Of a stretch of 40,893 nucleotides of DNA, positions 27,687 to 35,744 are shown piece after piece (the first letter of the stretch is position 1; each line of letters opens with the position of its first letter). The stretch comes from Candidatus Wildermuthbacteria bacterium RIFCSPHIGHO2_01_FULL_48_25 (lineage in GTDB: Bacteria; Patescibacteriota; Minisyncoccia; Minisyncoccales; UBA10102): NCBI GenBank assembly GCA_001823155.1, contig MHTR01000023.1, forward strand, positions 1 to 40,893, read 5' to 3'. The position numbers and the translations under genes are program-made. The notes under the pieces were generated by a model, which did no database searches, was not told where the DNA came from, and worked only from the letters and a program-made list of their open reading frames with translations.

Positions 27687-27823
27687 ATCCCCCTATCCTT
27701 CCTAAATGGCCCGCACCTATATTACAAGGAAACCAGTCTTCTGTCAAAAGTCTGCTAAGGAAATATACTCAACAAAACAAAAAACCACCGCATAGCGCGA
27801 TGGTTTTTTGTTAGAACTGCGTG

Positions 27824-28021
27824 TTAGGCTCGTGTCACGTTCTGGGCGCTTGGTCCTTTCTCTCCGTCAACGACGTCGAAAGAAACGCTGTCACCCACTT
27901 TGAGCTCTTCGTACGTCACGCCGCTCAAATCTTTGGAATGGAAGAAAAGATCCTTTGCTTCGCCTTCGCGGGCAATGAATCCAAACCCCCTATCCGTAAG
28001 TGTCTTGATTGTTCCTGTCAT
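27824..28021 (-). CDS. Cold-shock protein (CspA family)
   Basis: RGFGFI (RNP1), LFFH (RNP2), GEKGPSAQNV; TTGACA-17-TAGTAT, ~70 nt 5'UTR, terminator 27779-27810. Confidence 0.95.
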   Translation of the reverse strand: MTGTIKTLTDRGFGFIAREGEAKDLFFHSKDLSGVTYEELKVGDSVSFDVVDGEKGPSAQNVTRA

Positions 28022-28122
28022 AGGTTTACGTTCAATGTTATGTTATCTTGCTTTTCTTCAGAAACCCGACCCCGTCTCTTAGTCTTCAAGCATATGGATA
28101 CTACCATACATATTATACCCTG

Positions 28123-29271
28123 TCAAGGTTTTCTTAAATATTCCTTCCCCTTGAGCTGTTCAGGCAGTAAATCTTCTTTAGTATATTTCTCATAGTCTTT
28201 CCCATACTCCAGCTCTTCCATAAGCTTGGTTGGAGCATTTCTCAATTTCAAGGGAACAGGCAGGTTGCCGTATTCTTTCACATCACCCGCGGCTTTGAAA
28301 TACGCGTCATACGCGCTCCTGTCTTTTTTGCACTGGCACAAGTACGCGACTCCGTGCGCGAGGTTTATGGCGCACTCGGGCAGGCCTATTATCTCAACCG
28401 CGCGAAAAACCCCGTTGGCAACAACAAGAGCGGTTGGCTGGGCTAAACCAATGTCTTCTGAAGCAAAGATAACCATTCTTCGTGCTATGAACTTCGGGTC
28501 TTCTCCCGCGTCTATCATTCGGGCCAGATAATACAGGGCCGCGTTGGGCTGTGACGCTCTCATGCTCTTAATAAAAGCTGAAATGGTGTTGTAGTGCTCC
28601 TCGCCCTTTTTGTCATAGCGCAGGAACTTTGCCTGGAGCGTATCTTTGAGTGTCTCTAATGTAATCGTACCGTACAGTTCTTTGGTATTCTCAAGCATTG
28701 AAATCGCTTGTCTCGCGTCTCCGTTTGCCATGGCAACGAGCCAGTCTGTAGCGGTCTTGTCGAGCTTAAACCCCGTCTGCTTTATTACTTTTGCCATTTC
28801 CGCGCCTGAAAGTTCGTTGAGCACGAACACCCTGCAACGCGAGAGCAAAGGAGAAATGACCTCAAAGCTCGGGTTTTCGGTTGTGGCTCCAACCAATGTT
28901 ATTTCCCCAGTTTCAACATATGGCAAAAGAAAATCCTGCTGGGCTTTGTTGAACCTGTGTATCTCGTCTAAAAACAGTACCTTTGGCCGTGCTACTTGCC
29001 CTGAGCCTGTCGAAGGGTCCTGCACGATCTTCTTAATGTCTGCTTTGCCCGCTGATACCGCGGAAAGCTCATAAAGTTTCGCGTTAAGACTCTTTGCGTA
29101 TATCTTTGCCAGGGTTGTTTTGCCAGAACCCGGCGGGCCCCACAGAATAAAGGAAAATAAGTGTTTTTGGGCAATGGCAACATTCAAGGGCTTACCTTCC
29201 CCTACCAGATGTTCCTGGCCAAAAAACTCTTTTAAGCTCTTTGGCCTTATCTTTGAAGCTAAGGGTTCCAT
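28123..29271 (-). CDS. rarA: Replication-associated recombination protein A (MgsA/RarA AAA+)
   Basis: PLASKIRP, GPPGSGKTT, LDEIHRFNKAQQD, GATTENPSF, SAFIKSMR, ASEDIG, LRNAPT. Confidence 0.96.
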   Translation of the reverse strand: MEPLASKIRPKSLKEFFGQEHLVGEGKPLNVAIAQKHLFSFILWGPPGSGKTTLAKIYAKSLNAKLYELSAVSAGKADIKKIVQDPSTGSGQVARPKVLFLDEIHRFNKAQQDFLLPYVETGEITLVGATTENPSFEVISPLLSRCRVFVLNELSGAEMAKVIKQTGFKLDKTATDWLVAMANGDARQAISMLENTKELYGTITLETLKDTLQAKFLRYDKKGEEHYNTISAFIKSMRASQPNAALYYLARMIDAGEDPKFIARRMVIFASEDIGLAQPTALVVANGVFRAVEIIGLPECAINLAHGVAYLCQCKKDRSAYDAYFKAAGDVKEYGNLPVPLKLRNAPTKLMEELEYGKDYEKYTKEDLLPEQLKGKEYLRKP

Positions 29272-29308
29272 GAAGCTATGGTACCCCTGAACAAACGCAA
29301 ATAAAAGA

Positions 29309-29328
29309 GGGACGAGGTTAGTCGTCCC
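29309..29328 (-). terminator. Terminator hairpin, identical to 29766-29785
   Basis: gggacgaggttagtcgtccc preceded by gcaaataaaa. Confidence 0.85.
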
Positions 29329-29334
29329 AGGACG

Positions 29335-29691
29335 TTAGTTCCACTGCGCGTTTCGCGCGCCAGGTGGTGCTGAAGACATTGGAACCATAGTGAGGTACAG
29401 CCATTGAAGATCTTCGGGGTCAAAATCCTCTATGTCCCGTGTTCGAACGATGTAGTCTACGGTTGCCTTTCCGTAAACCGTGTCGAGCTCTGCGTGGAAC
29501 AAAATGCCGAAAATGGCGCCGAAACCAGCTGTCTTGGACTGGGTTTCGACCACTCCCTCAAGGTCATCGGTGACAACACGAACCCTTCCTTTGTTTTCCC
29601 TATACATGGAACAAGCAGTCCTGAATAGGAACGTGCGCATCTCGCTGGTCAGATTTGCTCCGCCCACGGTGAAACAGAATATTTTGTGCAC
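29335..29691 (-). CDS. Orphan protein in cassette
   Basis: 118 aa, TTGACT-16-TACACT promoter, GGGGGTG SD-like, own terminator. Confidence 0.7.
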   Translation of the reverse strand: MHKIFCFTVGGANLTSEMRTFLFRTACSMYRENKGRVRVVTDDLEGVVETQSKTAGFGAIFGILFHAELDTVYGKATVDYIVRTRDIEDFDPEDLQWLYLTMVPMSSAPPGARNAQWN

Positions 29692-29732
29692 TCAACACCC
29701 CCATTCACGCACAAGAAGCTAGGGGTAGTGTA

Positions 29733-29785
29733 ACGAAATTGAAAAGAAAGTCAAGCAAATAAAATGGGACGAGGTTAGTCGTCCC
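29733..29785. repeat. Cassette-junction repeat copy 2 plus duplicated terminator
   Basis: acgaaattgaaaagaaagtcaagcaaataaaa then gggacgaggttagtcgtccc. Confidence 0.85.
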
Positions 29786-29945
29786 TGTTGGTTGCGTCTG
29801 CGCGCTGCACGTCGGGGCTGTTGCAGTCGGGGCATACCAGGTCGTGGCAGCCCGAAGGCGAGGGCTGAAAATCTTCTGGGTGCGCCGTGAAGCCGCAAGC
29901 ACTGCACACTGCTTTTGGGCCTTGCTGAACGGTTTCAGTCGGCAA
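29775..29945 (-). CDS. Small zinc-ribbon protein (56 aa)
   Basis: AAGGAG SD before TTG 29945; CSAC...CPDCNS; stop in terminator loop. Confidence 0.65.
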   Translation of the reverse strand: MPTETVQQGPKAVCSACGFTAHPEDFQPSPSGCHDLVCPDCNSPDVQRADATNRDD

Positions 29946-30117
29946 CTCGCTCGTCTCCTTCTGACGCATCGCCCGCCAGTACAACATTCACGCTGCCGCA
30001 GTCGGGACATTCGAGCATGTCGCCATTGACCGTGAAAATGGGAAGGAAAGAGCTGACAGAAGCAGTATGTGAACAGTCGTAACACGTTGCGCTTGGGAGC
30101 TCATCGAGCATAACCAT
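29935..30117 (-). CDS. Small zinc-ribbon protein (60 aa)
   Basis: AGGAGG SD; CYDC...CPDCGS; TTGACA-16-TACAGT promoter. Confidence 0.7.
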   Translation of the reverse strand: MVMLDELPSATCYDCSHTASVSSFLPIFTVNGDMLECPDCGSVNVVLAGDASEGDERVAD

Positions 30118-30278
30118 GGCCTGCCTCCTGTGGTTTTATCTACTGTATCTAGCCAGCATACTTTGTCAACTAAAGCTTGACTTTTAGTCTAATTGTTTTA
30201 TAGTTACGGTACTTCTTTACGTTCAATAAGAAGCTGTTTTTTGACAATTGAAGCAAAGTACGAAGAAAGGAGGCGCAT

Positions 30279-31970
30279 GTGTCGGTATCGCTCGTTCCCG
30301 TTGAATCGTTTTTTAGCCTCGCAAAAGCTGCAGAACTGTGGGATGAAACCACTCTCGGCAACAAGACCTTCCGCGAACAGATTACGGAGCGCGCAGAGCT
30401 GAACAGGCGCCTTCAAAACGTCCTGGACTCTCTGCCCCGGCCGGATATTCCTCTTGAAACCGCAATCGACCAAGGACACCTCACCGAAGAGCAGGCAGCA
30501 GGCCTGTACTCGTCCCTGAGCGGCTTACTGTCTGAACGTGACTACAGACGGCTTGTCTTGTACTTTCCTTTTGAGCTCATGCCAAAAAAGGCATGGCGTG
30601 CTCCAGGGGAAAAACTCAAGCAGGCTGTGGAACAATTCAGGCATGCGTATATGGAGGCATGGAAAAGCCTTCTCTCGGCGCATGACGTGCGCGCAAACTT
30701 TACCGATGGCGACGTGCTTGAGATAGAGTTGCGCGAAAGCGATCTGCCCCGCGTGGTAAAAGCTGCTCACCTCATTCCAGTACTCATTGAAAAAGGCTGG
30801 ATGACGGTTGAGGACGCAGAAAGACTCGCGAAAGAAATCAAAGACCAAACTTTGCGAGACAGCGTTGCTGACGCGCTTTCAGCTGTTCGGGGCACACTCA
30901 AACCAGAGCAGCCCGAAGCAGTAAAAAACACCGCGCCTATCACCGAAAAACGCGCGGCGTGGCTGAAAAAGCGTGAGCGCGAAGAGGCAGTTGATGCCTT
31001 GAGCGAACACGTAAGCAAACTGATTATCCAGGGCAAACGTGCGGACGCAAGCCAGGAAGTGCTGACTGAAGGAATCAGGAAAACGGTTGAGTCAATTGCC
31101 GCAGTCGACCTCGAAAAAGCGCGCGCGCTGTACGCGCAGCACAGGGCAACCCTGCTGAAGCTCTGGGAAAGCGATTCCTCTGACGTAAAGGATGCTCTCG
31201 TAAAGACTTTTCGCCGGTTCTGCCACCTCGGCATTGTCGACGAAAAACAACTTGCAGAACTCAACATCGCTCGCCCGAAGCTGGAAGGACCATTCTCCGA
31301 AAACCTGAACTTCATCACGAACCTGGTTGACATGCATGGGATGGTTTCGTCCATTGAATCAACGCGCGAACTATCCAACCTCATCTACCCCGTGGTTCTC
31401 GTGTATGGTTCCCGTCTGAATGGATACGGCACGCGGAACTCAGACATTGATGTCGCGGTGTTTGTGAGGCCAGGAACACCCTTTGTAATCCGACAAAGGC
31501 TGCAGGAACTCCTCGCGCGAACCTTCAGCCATGTGCTCATCCCAAACGTGGTTGAGTTCTGGCTCGAGGAAAGAAATGGATTGCTTAGGGTTCGGGATTT
31601 TGAAAGCCCTGACGTGTCGCTGGGAGAAAGCTACTGGACACACGCCCTGTTCGGAGCCGCGTGGATAGGGCCAAAGCCCGTCATACGCGAGCTCTGCCTA
31701 CGACTGCTGCTTCCCTACCTCTCTGACACAAGCGGCACGCTCCACAGACAGAACGCGCGAAGGCTGTATCTTGAGAGCCTTGAAAGCGCTTCCCTGCAGT
31801 ACCGGCTCATGCACAACGGGTACGAAAGATTCTTCGCCCGCTACGGCGCGCCGTACCCCGACAGCGTTGACGGCAAGAGCGCCTTCTGGGATTCAGGCTA
31901 CAGGTGGCTCGCGACAAAGCTCTTTTTGAGCAAGGTCTTTCTGCCCAAACTCCCTGCTCCCCTAATATAA
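30279..31970 (+). CDS. Large protein with C-terminal pol-beta-type nucleotidyltransferase domain
   Basis: VVLVYGSRLNGYGTRNSDIDVAVFV (GS..DxD), third acid in VVEFW; AAGGAGG SD; helical N-terminal two-thirds. Confidence 0.8.
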   Translation: MSVSLVPVESFFSLAKAAELWDETTLGNKTFREQITERAELNRRLQNVLDSLPRPDIPLETAIDQGHLTEEQAAGLYSSLSGLLSERDYRRLVLYFPFELMPKKAWRAPGEKLKQAVEQFRHAYMEAWKSLLSAHDVRANFTDGDVLEIELRESDLPRVVKAAHLIPVLIEKGWMTVEDAERLAKEIKDQTLRDSVADALSAVRGTLKPEQPEAVKNTAPITEKRAAWLKKREREEAVDALSEHVSKLIIQGKRADASQEVLTEGIRKTVESIAAVDLEKARALYAQHRATLLKLWESDSSDVKDALVKTFRRFCHLGIVDEKQLAELNIARPKLEGPFSENLNFITNLVDMHGMVSSIESTRELSNLIYPVVLVYGSRLNGYGTRNSDIDVAVFVRPGTPFVIRQRLQELLARTFSHVLIPNVVEFWLEERNGLLRVRDFESPDVSLGESYWTHALFGAAWIGPKPVIRELCLRLLLPYLSDTSGTLHRQNARRLYLESLESASLQYRLMHNGYERFFARYGAPYPDSVDGKSAFWDSGYRWLATKLFLSKVFLPKLPAPLI

Positions 31971-31972
31971 CG

Positions 31973-32041
31973 ACCGTTAGTTCCCAGCTAACGGTTTTTT
32001 GTTTAGAAATAAAAGGGGCCAAGCATTCGTATGCTTGGCCC
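31973..32041. terminator. Back-to-back terminators of convergent units
   Basis: accgttag/ctaacggt+T-tract (plus) and gggccaagcat/atgcttggccc+TTTTATTT (minus). Confidence 0.85.
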
Positions 32042-32068
32042 TGCCCGTTCCTTTTACGGGCTAAAGAA

Positions 32069-33205
32069 CTAGATGCGCCCCTTCCGATCGGCGCCAATGC
32101 CGCTTGGCATTCTGCCGCCTGCGTAGCTGTTGCTCAGCTGATCCCAGGGGATCTGGGAGCCGAGCATGTACAGGGCACCGAAGTACTGGAGCTCTTCGTT
32201 GCCCGCCGGCTGGTCCTTGACGCCCATGATAGAGAGGACGAAACGCGTCAGGTTGTTCTCGAGCCGTGGGTAGGTGGCTGAAACCGCCACTCCCAGCTGC
32301 TTGAGCATCTGCTCGCGATTCGCGGCGCCGATCATGCCGGGCAATCGAGGGTTCTCCAGAGCTTCCTTGACCTTGACTGCGTCGTAGGCGAGGGCGGCTG
32401 CGATCTGCACGCCGGTTCCCGCGAACACCCTATTGATGGCATCTGCGACTGCGTCAGCATGGTCGCGCAGCACTCCGGTTTCTGGCGGCGATATCATGCC
32501 CGGAGGTATGACGTTCCCGCCACCAGAGCTGGCCATGAGAACGCTCATCATCATGGCCGGATTCGCAGCACCCTGCATCCAGGCCGACTGCCACGAACGC
32601 AGCTGCTCAAAGAAGGCGGCGATCGCGGGCCAGAGATGTTCGTCAACTCGGCCGAGCAACTGCTTTCTCCTGGTCTCGGTCACGTAGTTGCCGTCGAAAC
32701 CCTCGAGGGCCTCGAAGATCTCGGCGTAGTTGCGGCGCGTCATGTCTCGGCGAAGCTTGAAGAACGCGGGGTCAACCTGTTCGTCGTTCTCGTCGGCGAA
32801 TCGTTCCATGGCCTTCACCAGAAGGTTAAGAACATCGAAGAGTCCCACGCGAGACGCAAGCGCCGCGCGAACCGCCGAGATGACACTCGACTGGTCAACC
32901 TTGAGAACACCTCCGGCCTTGAGCGCCTCGAGCCACGAGCTGTCGCTCGGAACTGCCGGAAGCACCGCATCGAACGAAACAGCCACTGCGGCTGTTTCGC
33001 TTGCGGGCCGGGCCGGCGCGAGTGCCGAGACCAACTTCCTTGCCGGCAGCTTTTTCATTCCAGCTGCAACAAGATCGTCCTCGGTCAAGCCGGCCAGATC
33101 TTCCACTGTCGAAGCGCCCAGGTCTGTTTTGATCTTTTCGATCACGTCAACCGGCACGCCTAGTTCCTCCAGCCTGCTCTTTACCTGGTCCGTATCTACT
33201 GCCAC
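32069..33205 (-). CDS. Hypothetical protein with N-terminal SAM-like domain
   Basis: LEELGV...VEDLAGLTEDDLVAAGMKKLPARKLVSAL resembles a SAM domain; GGAG SD; last gene of operon. Confidence 0.75.
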   Translation of the reverse strand: MAVDTDQVKSRLEELGVPVDVIEKIKTDLGASTVEDLAGLTEDDLVAAGMKKLPARKLVSALAPARPASETAAVAVSFDAVLPAVPSDSSWLEALKAGGVLKVDQSSVISAVRAALASRVGLFDVLNLLVKAMERFADENDEQVDPAFFKLRRDMTRRNYAEIFEALEGFDGNYVTETRRKQLLGRVDEHLWPAIAAFFEQLRSWQSAWMQGAANPAMMMSVLMASSGGGNVIPPGMISPPETGVLRDHADAVADAINRVFAGTGVQIAAALAYDAVKVKEALENPRLPGMIGAANREQMLKQLGVAVSATYPRLENNLTRFVLSIMGVKDQPAGNEELQYFGALYMLGSQIPWDQLSNSYAGGRMPSGIGADRKGRI

Positions 33206-33220
33206 TGTCGCTCTCCTTCC

Positions 33221-34606
33221 TTACCTGCACACCTTGTCTTGCTCGGTTGGTCCGAATGAAACCATTCGGACTGGCACTCCCAATGCTCCATTGAGAACGT
33301 TTGCGCAGAGCGAGTATAGCTCGTCGCGCCCGGCCTCAGACGGAATCTCGAGAGTGGTGACTATGGGCTTAGAAGCCAAAACCTGCTTACCCAAACGTTC
33401 CTGGTACTCGAGGTGCTCTTCGTCTTCTCCTCCTTTGACGTTCAGCGCTCCCTTCTCTGTGAAGTACTCGGGATTCTCGGCGTTCGCGTAGCGATCGCAA
33501 AGATCCCACCTTTTATTGGCCATGATCTGGTCGAACCAGGTAACAGCCAACCCGTTGAAGGCCTCTGAACCTCCGCAGGCCTCTATGGCGTAGCGGAGCA
33601 GAACAAGATCAAGGGGGCCAACGCGCACTTTTCCTTGGTACCGGTTCTCTTCTTTGTGGCTGCCAGGCAGCAGGCTTTCGGCCATAGCTGCGTCTGCAGT
33701 TGGAAGAGGCCCGGCACCGTGGCGAATGGCGTAGGCCCGGAACACACCGATGCTCACCGTTTCTTCGCCATATCCAGCCTCTCTGAGCATTGCTTTTGCA
33801 AAGCGCGGCAGCGTTCGGATTGCGCTGGTATGGGGGTGGAAACCGCGGTAGCGATCCGTGAGCACCCCATGCGAGCTTTCGACCACGACCACGCCGTCTC
33901 GAGAAAGGATCTCTCGCTCGAGATACTCGCGGTCAACGATCGTAGCTTGCCGGGATACTTCTTTGAATTGCTCCGCGCAGTAGCTCAGGAAGTCGTCGTC
34001 GTACAGACGGCCGACTTCCAGTTTTACCTGGTGAAGGTCATGAGGAAGAAACTCAGGGATCATGCTTGTGGTGTCGCGCCGCACCTGTTCTCGAATTGCA
34101 ACAAGCCGGTCTCTGATATCGAGCCGCGAAAGGTCGCGAACCCGAATCGTCAAACCTGGGTGCCGCTCCGAATAGCGATACGCCTCACCTACTCCTGTGC
34201 CGATCGTACCGCGGGGGTTCTTGCCCCGCGCCATTTCTTTGAGGCGCGAAGCAATCCCGTGGTACGGCGTGGCACAGAGCACGTCCCTGTCTACCGTGAG
34301 CATGCTGAAGGGATCGTGAATCCCGTGTTCGTACCGAAGCGCGCTGGCTTCGTTCAGCAAACCCACAGGGGAAGCCACCATGCGAGGAGAAAGATACGTC
34401 CTTACTCCTTCGAATGTGCCACAGCCCCATTGGCTGAATGCAAAGCGTTCACCCCTTGAGGTGCAAACGCCGTGGCTTCCCTGAGCTCCTCCGACCTTCA
34501 CAACGGTGTGGGCACGCATCATTGTTGTGATTTTGTGCACCACACCGCCTTTGCCGCCGTCACCCGGACCAAGATCGGTGACGGTGTATACTTTTTTCAC
34601 CGCCAC
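33221..34606 (-). CDS. Divergent adenylosuccinate synthetase (PurA-fold) protein
   Basis: DLGPGDGGKG, GGAQGSHG, GTIGTGVGEAY, VESSHGVLTD, RAYAIRHGAGPLPT, RVGPLD, LAVTWFD, VSFGP colinear with PurA motifs. Confidence 0.88.
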   Translation of the reverse strand: MAVKKVYTVTDLGPGDGGKGGVVHKITTMMRAHTVVKVGGAQGSHGVCTSRGERFAFSQWGCGTFEGVRTYLSPRMVASPVGLLNEASALRYEHGIHDPFSMLTVDRDVLCATPYHGIASRLKEMARGKNPRGTIGTGVGEAYRYSERHPGLTIRVRDLSRLDIRDRLVAIREQVRRDTTSMIPEFLPHDLHQVKLEVGRLYDDDFLSYCAEQFKEVSRQATIVDREYLEREILSRDGVVVVESSHGVLTDRYRGFHPHTSAIRTLPRFAKAMLREAGYGEETVSIGVFRAYAIRHGAGPLPTADAAMAESLLPGSHKEENRYQGKVRVGPLDLVLLRYAIEACGGSEAFNGLAVTWFDQIMANKRWDLCDRYANAENPEYFTEKGALNVKGGEDEEHLEYQERLGKQVLASKPIVTTLEIPSEAGRDELYSLCANVLNGALGVPVRMVSFGPTEQDKVCR

Positions 34607-34620
34607 CTCTCATCTCCTTC

Positions 34621-35742
34621 CTAGAGCCACTTGGGCCCTTCGGGGTCGCCGCTTTCTTCCGAAGGCGCGCCCTCTGAATCGACTTCGCTCGGGTCGATCG
34701 GCCAGACATCGGTCTTTTCCCTGAACAGATCACCCTTTTGCGGCCGCTTGCCAAAGTTGGGCAGAGCTGCCTGGGCGCCTATGGGGATGTTGGCGACAGA
34801 ACGCACGATCCTTTTCGCGTCGTCCCTTTCAACGTTGTTTTCCTGGAGGAACTCCTCAACACTGCTAAGGTCGAGAGTTCCTTCGGTAAGGCCGATGATC
34901 GCAGCCTGCACCTGGGGCAGAAGCTCTGTGCTTGGCAGAACGACCACGCGCTCTGCGCCGAACACTCCTGTCCAGAACCGCGTTGTACTCGGGGCGTCTC
35001 CGACCTGCAGGAAAAAGGCGTGCGCCCGTTTCAGCAGGTCCTGGACAACCTCCATCGTACTCGGCAGGTCACGGGAATCCACCTTGTGGCCGTTCTCGGC
35101 CACTTTTTCGAACACCTCGGGACCGAAAATGCGGCGGAGCTGACTCTCGTCGAGCCAATCGCGGCCCGGCGCGTCCGACACCGTAAAGTCGTACCCCTTG
35201 AGGTCGATCCGAACGATGTACACAGCAGTCAAGAAAGCAGCGCCGAACAATCCATAATGCGGATCTTCGGGCGCATCGCCGCCTGCCCGTTCGGGAACCA
35301 TGAGCGTAAGCTGTTCAACGATTTTTTCGGCCACCATCTCGAACTGCGGCCGGCACAGAACGAACCTGTCTCCTACGTCGCCAAAGATCCCGATCGCGCT
35401 CTGAAGATCGTAGCCAGGCAGCACGCCGCTGCACAGCTCGTAGTCTTTCGGCAGAACGCGAAGGGCAATGTCAACATTGCCACCCATGCTGCCGGTTGTG
35501 TCCACGCGAACTTCTTTTGGTATTGGCGTGCCAACCGTGAGAACCCAGAGGCCGTCTGCTCGCTTTTCGAGTCGCGGCAGCGATCGGCGGATCACGCCGT
35601 AGCCTGCCGGATCGACAAGCGGATTCAACGTGCCAGTTTCACGGGCTACTTGCTCTGCCCGGAACGTCGCGGGGCCACTCTTTGGTACGAATGTTTCAGC
35701 TGCCAGCGAGTAGGCTTCGCGCGAGAACGTTCTCTTTCCCAT
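34621..35742 (-). CDS. vWA-domain protein
   Basis: MIDAS-like VDTTGSM, IFGD, GGDAPED, VSDAP. Confidence 0.8.
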   Translation of the reverse strand: MGKRTFSREAYSLAAETFVPKSGPATFRAEQVARETGTLNPLVDPAGYGVIRRSLPRLEKRADGLWVLTVGTPIPKEVRVDTTGSMGGNVDIALRVLPKDYELCSGVLPGYDLQSAIGIFGDVGDRFVLCRPQFEMVAEKIVEQLTLMVPERAGGDAPEDPHYGLFGAAFLTAVYIVRIDLKGYDFTVSDAPGRDWLDESQLRRIFGPEVFEKVAENGHKVDSRDLPSTMEVVQDLLKRAHAFFLQVGDAPSTTRFWTGVFGAERVVVLPSTELLPQVQAAIIGLTEGTLDLSSVEEFLQENNVERDDAKRIVRSVANIPIGAQAALPNFGKRPQKGDLFREKTDVWPIDPSEVDSEGAPSEESGDPEGPKWL

Positions 35743-35744
35743 GG

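Noticed and set aside
33221-34606. Phage PurZ / prophage
   Set aside because: No phage structural, polymerase, datZ or mazZ genes; the Asp of the P-loop is retained and the aspartate loop PurZ needs is absent
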